Shown here piece after piece: positions 1 through 12,390 of a stretch of 64,000 nucleotides of DNA (the first letter of the stretch is position 1; the number at the start of each line of letters is the position of its first letter). Location: positions 62,001 to 126,000 of the forward strand of contig CAJFCJ010000034.1 in NCBI GenBank assembly GCA_904063045.1, in the 5' to 3' direction. The notes beneath the pieces are model-generated. The model saw nothing but the letters and a program-made list of their open reading frames with translations. It was not told where the DNA came from and made no database searches. A program made the position numbers and the translations under genes. The DNA comes from Dimorphilus gyrociliatus (taxonomy: Eukaryota; Animalia; Annelida).

Positions 1-228
1 GAGGAAAGCTCGAAAAGACTCTGTGAAGATTTGGTATTTTTAAATTCATACACAACATTATCAATTATAATCTTGGAGATAGTATATCTCTTTTGAAAGA
101 AATACATAATAATGTAATATATTGTATAGTGTATATTATATATGTTAGCATTTTACTATGAAACTAGACGTCAGATTATACCTAAAGCGAAGATTTATAC
201 ACTAATGGATTAAGATAGAACGAGACTG

Positions 229-3200
229 TTATAAAAGTAATATCTAGTTTCGTAGAATGATGCCAGCATATAGTAAAATATAGGAAATATTCACATTTTT
301 CTGAAGAAGCGTCTCGTTTATAACGCATGTGATATAGCAATGTTTTTCCTGAAGACAAGCAATTAGAGATATCCAACTTTTCGCAAATTTCCGTATATAT
401 CTAATATTATGAATATTATTTATGCATTCATCATAAGATATCATTGAATTTACTCCATTAAGTATTAATACATCTAAAACTGATTATATAATACAATTAG
501 AAAGATAACAAATGAAATATAAACGCTTATATCTACTTTTGAAGATTGTATTTGCATAAAAGTTATTCAACATCTCTTTCCTTTAAGAGTTTAATATTAG
601 ATTACACTATTAATATCTTATGTAATAAACTAACCTCTGTGTGTCAGCTTTAAGCATAATATGGTTTATATGTTTCTTAAATTTCGAATAATAGGGAAAT
701 GATAAAAAAGTATAGAATGGAATAATTTGAAAGATTAAGGTTCTATAGCCAATATTATTTCTTAACGATACATTTTCTATTCTTACTGTTAATGAACATT
801 AAAATATATCTATCTATATATATATATATATATACATATAAATTGATCTATATATATAACAATTTACTCAATAAAATCAAAGTAGTGAACAGGAGAAAGA
901 AGGAAATGATACGTAATTCATCTCTTGTTATTTCGTACTTGTTCTTCTTAAATATGAAATTTAATACAAATAAAGATATAAATAATAAAGATAGTAAACT
1001 ATAAAGAATTATGATAAAATAGTATTTCGATTCAAAAGTTATTCTATCAATAAAAAATATATTACACTTTATAATAAACCATTCATTTTTCTATGAAAAA
1101 ATGTTATAAACAGTAATTTTGATGTATTTCTTGGAATTTTAATAAAAAAAAACTCACTTTAATTGTTAAAAGTGGTATTAATAATATAAATATTAATAAA
1201 TTCAATACAATCATTACAATCGTTTTTAAAAATAAACTATTTCTCTTTTTCAATATATTTAATTTCAACAATGGTTTTATAATGTTATATAGGCCGATAA
1301 ATAATGAAAATCCAATTCCAATTGAATTAAATATTCCAGATATTTGGCAAATACTACCATATTTTAGATATATATACTTTATCTCAGAGGCTTTTACTAT
1401 TTTTAGATTGTTAATAACAATTAAAACGTTACTAAAAACTAGTGAAAAATCACATAAGAAATTCAATATATTAAAACCGTTAAAGTCTCTTTTCCAAATA
1501 AAGTGGATAAGGATATCGACTATCCATAATATATAAATCAATAATCCACTTAAGAGTATGAAATATTGATATATTGGATGTGAAATTAGTTCTCCACAAC
1601 TGTAAGAAGTTTTAAAAGTTGATTTACAGTTAACATTACTTTTACTTTCACCAATTATGCAACATATATCGTATTCGTTTACTTTTAATTCTTGAAGAGA
1701 ATTAAGCGTAAGAAAAAAATCGGAAATAATTTGAATATTGTCATGTTTTATTCGGTCTAGATGAAGAACCTTTAGCTTTTGGTTTTCTTTAGATTTAAGA
1801 TTTTTTAATAAAATTACATTAAGTTGACTTAAAATTAAAGTTTTGATAATTGTCCCTTTATCGAAGAGAAATTCAATAAAATCTTCTTTCGCTTCTACAT
1901 GTTTTAGTTCAAGATAAATAAGAGATTTAAAATGTGGAAGAGATTGAAAACTAAAATTATGAATATAACGAAAATTTAATTGTAAATGTTGAATTCTGTT
2001 TGGATGAATAAAGTAATGAGAAGAGAAATGATGCAATTGTTTGCCTTTTAAGATTAATATTCTTAAATTTGGTAATTTTTTCAATAGATTTCCAATATTC
2101 GCGAAATGTTCGTATCTTAAATTCAATGAGATTAACTCGTATAAAATATTCGCAGATTCTTCGTATTTCGGGTGGAATTTCAATGAAAATTCAATATTTA
2201 TCGATTTAAACGACGATTGAATAGTGTTCAAATCATTTGTGAAATTTCTACAATATACTTTTAAAACATTTGGACAGATGCAGCCTGTTGGACAACTGAA
2301 CGACTCATTACAATGATTTTCATCATCTCCCAATGGACAGTTGTAAATTCCATCGCAAACTCTGTCGATTATCAGATGAGTACCGTATTTTCTACACTTG
2401 AAGTATCCTTTAATCACAAATGAATCTATAGAAATTGAAATATTGCCAATTGTTTCTCTCTTAACAACCAATGTTTAACACTCACTACAACCAATTTCAT
2501 CATCGGAAAGTGGACAATGAGAAATTTCGTCACAAATCATTAGTGAATCAATACAATATTTGAATCTTTTACATTGATATTGTCCAGGTAGACAGGTAAT
2601 GTTTTCGCAATTGATTACATTAATTGAAAGATCACCTGTAGTAGTATATTTAATAGATCTGAAATAACAATCTGAAAGTTTTGAACAAGTTGGTGACCGT
2701 TCGTCTTCGCTTCTCAAACAATCTGCGTAGGAATCGCATACCATAGTTAAAGGAATACAATCCTTATTATTACACATAAACTGCTTGTTTGAACAAGCAC
2801 CTGAATATTTACCATTAACAAATTCTTATGAATATACGATATCAAAAGTTTTAAGGAATTACCTTTACAACTTTCATCAGAAAAGTCAATACAGTCTCGT
2901 TCATTGTCGCATAATTTATCTTTAGTAATACACTGTTTATTCCAACAGATACTTAAAAATATCAAAGGAATGTTTTCAATATAGTCTAATCTTTGAAATA
3001 AATGTAAAGTTGCTACCTCTCATTAACAAAACATGAATTAAAATCTGAAATTGAATTAAATATTAAATAGGAGAATAACAGTATGTCTTAGTGTCTTAGT
3101 GATATATATCTTTTATTCTCAACTAACCACAATCTATTTCATCTTGACCGTATTCGCTATCATTCCGATAATCGCAAAACAGTGAAGCATCAACTGAAAG

Positions 3201-5827
3201 TATATCAAAATTGAAAATGTCATTCAAACAATTTCTTTCGTCCGATTGATCGTAGCAGTCAATAATTCCATCACATTGATATTGTTTACTAATACAGTTT
3301 AAATCTTTTTGACAAACGAAACCAAGTTTATGACACAGAGTTAAATTACTATCCGACAAATATTTAGATGGTAAAAGCGATAATTCTTGATCTATTTCAT
3401 TTTTGCATTCAAGTTTTTATTTGTATATACAGTAAATGAAGTTTACACATGATTACGAACCTGCTAATACGTGTATACAAATTATTCTGATGTCTCTATA
3501 AGGGCCACTTGAACATTTAAAATAGAAGAAAAATGGTTTGTCAGGAGCGGTTGATGTGTACTCTAAATAAATGCATTTATCCTCTTCCAAAAGTTTAGCA
3601 TTCGTTTCATGACTTTAAAATATAACAAAAGTCTTTTTGGAGTTAGTAAGCAAAGAGTAAAATACAAACTTTTTATTGGAAACTGTTGCGTTATCTAACG
3701 CTAAAACTGCTGGTCGATTATTATTTAAAAGAGTTATATCTTTGTTGAAATGATTTTTGAATGTCTTTTTCTCTATAGGATTAATTAAAATCGTTCAATT
3801 TTCAATATAACCAGCAGTAAGTAAATATAGGATATTTTAATATTTTAGTACAATACCTAATTTTATATATAGTGTTTGACCTATGTGCGATAGTTCAAAG
3901 ACACCTAAAGAAATCATACTTAGGTCAAGCTGAGCGTGCGTGAAAAATAGCGGTGATAGATTTTTTGTTTGGCAAAAATTGTCCTGTTTGCTATCTGTTT
4001 TATATACGTAATAGCAAAGATTTTGAATTGAAAAAGTGTTGATTGTATTTTCGATGAATGGACATTCTAAATTTGGAATAATCTTTTATAAATATACAAT
4101 ACACAGCATATAAAGTATTATTTAAAAATATTACCGCTAGGTGGATAATTTGTGCAATAGAGTTCAATGTCAACAGTTCGATAAACATCTAAATCACTAG
4201 TTAGGAAATCGGTAATTGAACAGTTATATATATTGTCCACATTTCTTGGACAATATATAGAATAGATGTATCGTCTTATATTTTCAACGTCAGAGTTAGT
4301 AAAAATTGATCCACTTTTAAATCCAAACATGGTGCAAACTAACTAATACAATTAAATAAGTTAATTATAGGAGAATAATAATGAAAGGATAATTTATTGA
4401 AAAGTACATTTGCTTCGTGTTTACCAAACTTTTTCAAGAATACTAATTGCCAAGTTGATTTGTAGTTTACTTCCAAAATTCCTTTAAATTCTTCTAACCT
4501 ATTTTGATAATTTAATTCTTTACTTTTAAGACGAAATTTCTGACCTAAAAGCAATTTTTCATTAAAATATAGTTTTAACTATAAATTAATTAATATTAAT
4601 ATATAATTTACCAAATACTTGTATCAAACTATTCCTTATTGTTGCTTGTTTATTAGTTGTTTGTTCAGTACAAACTACTGTCACAACGTCGATTCCTCCA
4701 CTGAACTTTTTGTTTTTCAAACAATCGTAAAGCGTAAATGAATTATTAGAGCAGTCTAAGACGAAATTATATCTTGACATATAAAATTCACTAAGACCCA
4801 TAAATGTAGATCTAGGTGAAGATTCTACTGTTTTGTTGAAAGTTTCGCATGCTATAGCCATACGTGATATCTCTTTCTCTTTTTTTGTACTAGTAAACAG
4901 ACTAACAACAGGAAAATTATTAATAATTTGTGTAACAATTTTTATGTTTGAATTAACAAGCGTAAAAGGAGAGAAAAACTGCTTATCCACAAGTCTAAAT
5001 TCAATGTTATAATCAAAAAAACATTTAAAATTACATTTAATTATTCCTAGACTAATGGAATCTTCTTCCATTATAACAAATCTCTCTTTTTCGTATAGCA
5101 TAATTAAATCCTTTTCTATACCGACTTTATCGTTAAAACCATCTAGATTTTTAACATTTTTCTTACAGAATTGCGTCCAGTTATTAGTGAAATTAGACTT
5201 TGAACAGAATCTATAAGATTTTTGATTATATCGAGCAAAAACGACAGATCTTTCATCGAATCTTTCACTTTCGGGAAAGTAGTACAAGTCTATGAGAAAA
5301 CAGTTTGTTTTAAAAGTAACATTTATATAAAATGATGAAGCCAATACACGTATGATTCCTTCTCCAACATTTAACACAAACTGATAGAAGATAAAAATCT
5401 AGTTGTTCTTCTACTGAGATTGAACTTTTACAGCTCTCTTTGAAAAAATTTTTACATTCAACATCAACATTAAAGGTTTTCCGTTCTGGTAAAAGTGAAA
5501 ACAACATTAGATTAGGAATTAAGATTGAAAACAATATTGAAAAATACCCTGTAAACAAACGTATCCATGGCCGTGAAGCTGATCGAAACCGCTACTATTG
5601 CAAACAAAAGGTATATGATGAACAACATCTTCTCTTCCATGAAGAAAATAGTTTCTCCCTGATAATTTGAAAACAGGGGGTCCTCTACACGAAATATCAT
5701 CACAAATGACATAGTCTTTTAATAGTTGCCAACTTATATTTTTTATTGGATATCTACGATATCTATCATAAAAGCATAAATTTATAGATAAAATACATGA
5801 TAATAGTATAAATTGAACAACGTTCAT
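229..5827 (-). CDS. G1: multi-exon GRL101-like receptor (signal peptide, SRCR-like, degenerate CTLD, LDLa repeats, LRR, degenerate 7TM, kinase-like tail); 3' end uncertain
   Basis: Signal peptide MNVVQFILLSCILSINLC at ATG 5827. SRCR-like exons (KGILEVNYKSTWQLV...MFGFKSG...IYCPRNVDNIYNC). LDLa repeats (CDGIIDCYDQSDERNC, CDSYADCLRSEDE, CDEISHCPLSDDEIGC, CDGIYNCPLGDDENHC). LRR and TM1-4 in 1104-2471, TM5-6 at ~850-1090, TM7 at ~700-760, tail exon 244-444. The simplest splice ends at TAA 229, but further exons are possible. Confidence 0.8.
810..838. repeat. (TA)n microsatellite in a G1 intron
   Basis: Visible TA run. Confidence 0.8.
1899..2611. repeat. Near-identical block shared by G1 and G3 (copy 1)
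   Basis: Matches 14186-14898 at a constant offset of 12287. I noticed only about 3 substitutions. It includes an identical intron. Confidence 0.95.
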
Positions 5828-5992
5828 TCTGAAAAATTGATTAAATTATAGTTAAAAGTTGTGTTTCTTTTTGTCTTTGTTCAAAATGTATTCAATTTCA
5901 ATTTTAACGAAAAATCGATTTAATTAAAAAATTTCATTATTCCTATAAGAAAGCAAATTAATTAAAATAGTCTCTTGTCAAAGATTGAAAAA
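5828..5992. promoter_or_regulatory. Putative bidirectional promoter between G1 (-) and G2 (+), 165 bp ATG-to-ATG gap
   Basis: Divergent start codons at 5827 and 5993, so both 5' UTRs and core promoters must fit in or overlap this gap. Individual elements were not identified. Confidence 0.6.
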
Positions 5993-8900
5993 ATGTTATG
6001 GAGAATTTTGATGTTTATCACCGGTTGTCATTGTTTTTCAACTTATCATTTCAGATATGCTCCTGTAGGTAAATGCTTGGAAAATTATTGTCAAGGTCCA
6101 ATTCTTATGTCAGTTGATAATGATGATGAAGTTTTAATGATGCATAAGTCATCATTCTTTTCAAGAATAACTCTTCAAGAAGTTTGTTCTAGGATGGGCT
6201 TTGATAAATTAAGGGTTGAAGCTTTCAATTGTGACGAGTATTACAGTATAAAATATTACTATAAATTTATATTATACTTTAATTAATAAGTTTATCTTTA
6301 AAATATCTTTAAAGGTGATTTTCAGCATAAAAAAGCATTTTATTGTAAAATCTTATGGGGTAGAATAGATTGCAATGATTATATAGGTAAATGACCATTG
6401 TTAAATGATTACCAACCGACTAATGTAAAATGAAATAAACAGATACGACTACAATCATTCCGTGTTTGAAGTGTTTTAGACTAAATTTCACATGTAAGAA
6501 ACAAACAAATCACTTTAATTGATCAATAATTTATATGCCTAATTAATTAGATTATTATGCAATCATTCCATATGATCCAGTAATTAATAGCAAAACTATA
6601 ATATATGAAAGATTTAACAATACTTCAACTGTTAAATGCATTTTCAAAAACTTTGATTATCTCTGTTTAAATGTCTATAAATTATATGATCACTTCAAAG
6701 AAATTAATAAACCACTCTACTCGGAAATAACTTCCATAAAGGAGAATATTAATATGTCTTCTCTTAATGAATGTTCAAACTCTTTATGCCAAAATTTATC
6801 CACTCGGCCTATATATTACGTGAAAAGTTTTAGTAATTTTACAAAACATTCCGACCCCATAAGTCAATTTGTAATGCCGGTAACTTTTAACGAAAATAAT
6901 GAAATTCAACCAGTTGTCATACCAAAAAAGAGTAAACATTACGAAGAGAAAATTGCGTCTTTCTTCTGTAAAGAAAATGGACTATTTTGGCAACCAATAA
7001 AAAATGGAATACAGCAGATTAAAAGACAAAATGTATGGACTATTGAAGCATCAGAAACAAGAGTTGAAAGTTTTGATTGTTTGGATATAAATTCACAAAT
7101 ATCCTGGGGGCGATGTTCAAATTTTGTCTATAATAGTGAATATAGTTTTTACGACAATCAAAGTCTTAGTTTCGCTTGCTCATCGAAAAATGATTATTTA
7201 AATTCAAAATGTAAAGTATTTTCATAAATAGTCCAAAATTTTGGCTATATTTCCATAAATTCGTTAATTTTGCAGTAAATCTAAAGTATCGTCTAAAAAA
7301 TGGAAATTTAATATTGGAAAAGCAAAATTTTTCATCCAATCACGAGCATTTTACCGGCTCGTTTCAAATATTATATGCAAAAGAATGGTACTTGGTTTCC
7401 AGTCTCTTTCAAACCGAACATCAAATTATTCTAATATGCAAACATTTCGGCTTTAAATATGGAGTTGTCGAAGATTTTTTCCCTGATGATGGCTACGCTT
7501 TACTAGCTTTAGAATGTTCTAATAAGAATGTAGATATCTCGCAGTGTTCAATTCGTTTCTTTAAGGAGTCGAACTTAAATTCGTTAGTTGTAAAAGGATT
7601 AAAAATAACTTGCTTTCGAGAAATATCAGGTAAAGATAATATAAACTACATTTCCATTCTAATAAGATAAAATTGGAGATTGTTTTAGGAGGAGGGTGTA
7701 AGGGATTGTTCGGAAAAGAAAGAATCTACTATGCTTACAGGACGAGTTGTTATTATGTTTTAAAATTGAAACAATCCATTACCCATATTCAAGCAAATGA
7801 CAAATGTAAAGCAATAAATACAACATTGCTTGGTATTAGCACACAAGACGAAGCAAGATTTATAGATTATATGTTAAAATCAAGTAGAATCAAATATAAT
7901 CAGACTAATTTAGGAAATATTAGAGAAAATTTTGAAATTCCTTTAGGTTATTGTTTGTAATAAAGCTTTAGTATATCTTAAAATGAAACTATATCATTTT
8001 AAATACGTATCTAGGACTGGTAAATAAAAAGAGCTACCGTCAAAAGGATTATGAATTAAATACTGATATGATTCCATTGAATGTCATAGGTATGTGGATG
8101 GCTTACGAGAGCATAGATGAAGGGTAATTAAAAATTTATTTAAGAAATGCTCCATTCAAAAAAGGAAACACTTTAAATAGATGTAGAATTAATACGTTTG
8201 AACCCAGAAACTATTGGATACAAAATAATAAATGCATGTATATTTCACCCTATAAATACTTAAGTATTTATGGATTCATATCAATTAATTGTAAGGAAAG
8301 ACGATTTAAAACTATTATTTGTGAAGGAAAAAAAAGTAATTTATTCATAATTTGTAGTAACTTTGTTTTTTTACATCAAATTAACTCCAAATATTAAAAA
8401 GAGTTATATAGCGTTCAAAGAGGAAAGCTTTTCCCTTTAGTACCAAGTAGACATGAAAAAAACAATACATTGTTCCTATGTAAAACTAATAATTATTATA
8501 TAAATATAAAATACAAATGCGACGGTCAGAGAGATTGTTCTGATGGTTCTGATGAAGAAAATTGTCCACAAATGCTTGATTATATGTGTAGAAATAATGA
8601 AAAAAAAATGGCTACCAATTTAATTTGCGATTACATAAATGATTGTTCAGATAATTCAGATGAACACTTATGTGGTAGTCAATTTTCTTATCCTATTTAT
8701 AACTTTTAGTATATTCATTACAAGTGTCATTTTCACCACAGATTTTCCTTCTTGCACTGGAGATACCAGTTTGTTAGTCTTCACTCGAAACTTTTGTTGC
8801 TTACAATTACAATGATTAACTTTTAAATTTATAGTAGATGCAATAATGGAAAATGCCTACCTAAGTCAAGTCAATGCGATAATACAGCCGATTGCCTGGA

Positions 8901-11900
8901 CGGAGCCGACGAACACAACTGTAGAAAGCGTAAGATTTTAACAAATTTGTAAAATTTTAACTACCCTTTACATTCATAATTAATCGATTGATAGCTTTTA
9001 CGGATCGCATATCAGCTCGTGTTGACAGTAAATCCTACTGTAAATATGGGAAGCAAATACGATTACATGAATTTTGTGATAAAAAATACGATTGCGCAGA
9101 TAAAACTGATGAAACGAAAGATGAATGTTCAAGTTGAAATAGTTTTTTTTAATGAAATGAACGATTATTACAACATTAATTATTTTTATTTATTTAAATT
9201 AGAACCTTGGTCAAACAGGTTTCTTGATAGAAAAGGAGGTGTTCACTGCTCAGATTTGTATACACTAAAATTTCCTTCCTCAGCTATGTACACGACTTCC
9301 TACAGTATTCTTATTAAATAGTATTTTTGTTTAATGCACTAACAAACAAATTTTGAAATCGATCAGAATTTTTGGAATATCTTATTTATAATATCAGACA
9401 CAAAAGATCTTATTCTAGTATCTTTTCTTATTAATTTTAATAATATTTCTATTTCAAAATTGCTTACAGTTTCAAAAACCAAATTTCTGATTAGAACTGA
9501 AATCATTACAACTGAATGCTCTCTAACATATTATCCATCAGAAATTATTAACACAAAAACACATCCGCCTTATAATGAAATTTCTAATTGCGATGAAACA
9601 ACAAATTGTTTCCCAGGAAGTTATCGATGTAAAACATATCACTATTGCATACAGAATATTCATATTTGCGACGGTATTAATCATTGCCTCCTCGGTGATG
9701 ATGAAGAAAATTGTGGTAAAGTAAATATTTATAATAATTATCAGATACACAATTTTCGAATCAGATCAAAGGAACGTTTCTGGTCTATATAAATGTCATA
9801 ATACGGAAATATACATTCTTACTCAATACGTGTGTGAAAGTGAAACAAAGTATACAAACTGTAAATCATTTTGTGGGACTTTACAATCAAGGAAAGAATT
9901 CTGTAAACAAAATCAAAAAGATTATATGTCAAAATGTATAGACTCCATGATAAAAATTTGTACAGAGACATCACTTTTGTGCGGTAGTCTCGACTGTCCT
10001 GAAGGAGATGACGAAGACGAATATACCTGTTTTAAAAATGTAATTTGTCCGAAAGGCTGTACGTGTCCATCTTCTGTTTATATTTCATGTACAGAACCTT
10101 TTCAAGAAGTCGGATTTTTTAATTTCACATTCAAAGAATTACTGATTGAAAACGTTGATTACGAAGATTATTTAACTTATTTTACTTATCAAAATCATTT
10201 TCAGCACATTATCATTAAAATTTCTATTAAAAGTGCAAATTTTAACCAAATTAACCTTTTGAATAATTGTAAAAATTTGAAATATTTGATTTTGTATAAT
10301 AATTCAATTGTTGAATTGATCGATAATCAATTTCAATATCTTCAAAATCTTATTTACCTTGATTTAAGTAGAAACAAAATCACAAATATTGGAAAAACGG
10401 CGTTTCAGGCACTCGATCATCTTCTATTCCTCGATCTATCACACGTTGTTTTAACACAACTAATCACATCAACATTCATCAACCAAGCGCAAGTTGAAAC
10501 CATGATTTTACAATACTCAATCATACATGATGTTAACGATATATTCAAAGGAATGACAAATTTAAGGAACCTATCGTTAAGAGGAACGTCATTAAACGGA
10601 AATGATAGAATTCCAATAGATATGTTTTCAAACACCAATTTGAAATACTTGAAAAGCGACTATTTCTTTTATTGTTGTTTTGCTAAAAAATATCAAGATC
10701 TGGAAGAATGTTTTCCCCAACAAACTTCATTCAATTCTTGCGATAATCTCTTATCTTCGATCGGATTACGAAGTAAGTCGTTTGAATAGTTCAATCTCTT
10801 ACATTTCCCTACCATTTAGGGAGTAGTTTGCGAATGATAAATATTTGTATATTTTGCAGTTTTTCTATACATAATGCTGTTTTTCGGATTGTTTGGCAAT
10901 ATATCGACCTTTCTTCATTCTATAAAATCTTTCAAACGACCTTCAAATTTATTTCAAATTCAACTAGTTTTATCAAATCTGTTAATGGCTTTATATGTAT
11001 TAATCATTGTTGTTCAAGATTTGAGATATTCCGGAAAATACATCGAATACGATAGAAACTGGAGACGGAGTTTTCTTTGCAATTTAAGTGGAACATTGTG
11101 TTCAACATCCTCAATCCTTTCTCTTTGTAGCATTCTCTTTCTAACATTTGAGAAATATTACGTCATCGTCTTCGGTTTAGGTTCTAAATATTTTAATCTA
11201 TTACGAACAGTTTGTATGGTTTCTATGGCAATATTTTTTTCAATATTGTGTTCAATTTTACCTATATATCTATTTAAGGTGTGTTTTACATTAACATATC
11301 GTGTTTTTGACACTTTATTCACATTATTTTAAATATGTTTTGGTATAAAAGAACTATTATGGAAGATATTCATTGTGCTTTTCTCTTCATCTAACAAATG
11401 AAAAGTCTAATGGATGGATTTATACATTTTGTCTATTTTCTGTTCTGCCGTTACCATTATTATTTGTTAATATTTATTTTTATGCAATTACAATAAGAGT
11501 CATTAATAGATCGAGTAAAGTATTGACAAATAAGCAGATGATGGCAAGATTTTTTCAAATATTGACAACAGTTGCTATAGCTCTTATTCCATATTTTACT
11601 ACGTGGACACCATTTTTTATTTTAGGTTTATGGAGTATTTACGTTGATTAGATTGTTTAAATTGAAATGTTTCTTTTATAATTCTTAAAGGATTTCTAGC
11701 CTTATTAGATAAAAGTTCATTAACAAATGACAATTACAAGTTTATTTTTCTACCATTTATATCGATAAACCTGTTCACTTATCCAATAGTCTACTTTTTT
11801 ATTAATCTTAAAAGGAAAGTGACAAATAGTAGAAAAGATCGCTTCGAATATTACGATAAATTAGCTGTTGAACATTTAAATAATTGTAAGTGTTCTTCTA

Positions 11901-12368
11901 CTAATCTAAATTGTTTAGATTGTAAAACAAAAATCTATATAGGTATGGAACTATTTAGAATTAACTCAAACAACGTTGTATTTTCAAGTATTGAAAAAGT
12001 GATTCAATCTAGAAATATTTCTTATTTAACAAAAGACGATATGAAATACTTGAAAGATTTAAAATTTATATCAATTCAATTAATGATTAGTTTAAATTAT
12101 CTTCATTCAAAATATATTCAATTGAAGAATATTTATCCTCAACAAATATATATTAACGTGTGTATATTTATAAATAGATTGAAACGTATTCTATTATTGT
12201 TCACTATTCAATTTTTAGACTAAACTCTCTAAATATAGAAAAGTATTTCTTTTGGTAGAAAGTGAAAATTTATTATTAGAATTTGAAGAAGAACATCAAT
12301 ACGAAAATATTTATGAATTTGGTAAAATTCTACAAAAATTTTTGAATTACGTATTGAAAAATCTTTAG
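5993..12368 (+). CDS. G2: multi-exon GRL101-like receptor (SRCR-like, CTLD, ~6-7 LDLa, LRR, 7TM, pseudokinase-like tail)
   Basis: ATG 5993 ([14 protein letters not shown]). SRCR-like 7314-7630 ([11 protein letters not shown]...[13 protein letters not shown]). CTLD from 7690 (SCYY...[24 protein letters not shown]). LDLa exons 8470-10030. LRR in 9830-10789. TM with FEKY and WTP. Tail [13 protein letters not shown]...[10 protein letters not shown], stop TAG 12366-12368. Confidence 0.85.
9978..11449. repeat. Near-identical block shared by G2 and G4 (copy 1)
   Basis: Matches 22413-23883 (offset 12435, then 12434). It covers the LRR, TM1-5 and two introns. Confidence 0.95.
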
Positions 12369-12390
12369 AGATTCTCTTTTCTTTAAGTTT

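Noticed and set aside
182-376. Minus-strand ORF ending FYLNPLVY, resembling a TM7 NPxxY motif
   Set aside because: G1 TM7 is already placed at ~700-760 and this frame does not join the kinase-like exon. It is treated as coincidence, although the G1 3' end remains uncertain.
2472-5827. Many short ORFs with stops could suggest pseudogenes (also throughout G2-G6)
   Set aside because: Where checked, the breaks coincide with ~50-70 bp GT-AG introns that restore the frame. Not every junction was verified.
10417-10638. Antisense ORFs repeated in paralogs (10417-10638, 22852-23073, and similarly 52666-52917, 58303-58524)
   Set aside because: These are shadows of real coding exons on the other strand, repeated only because the DNA block is duplicated.
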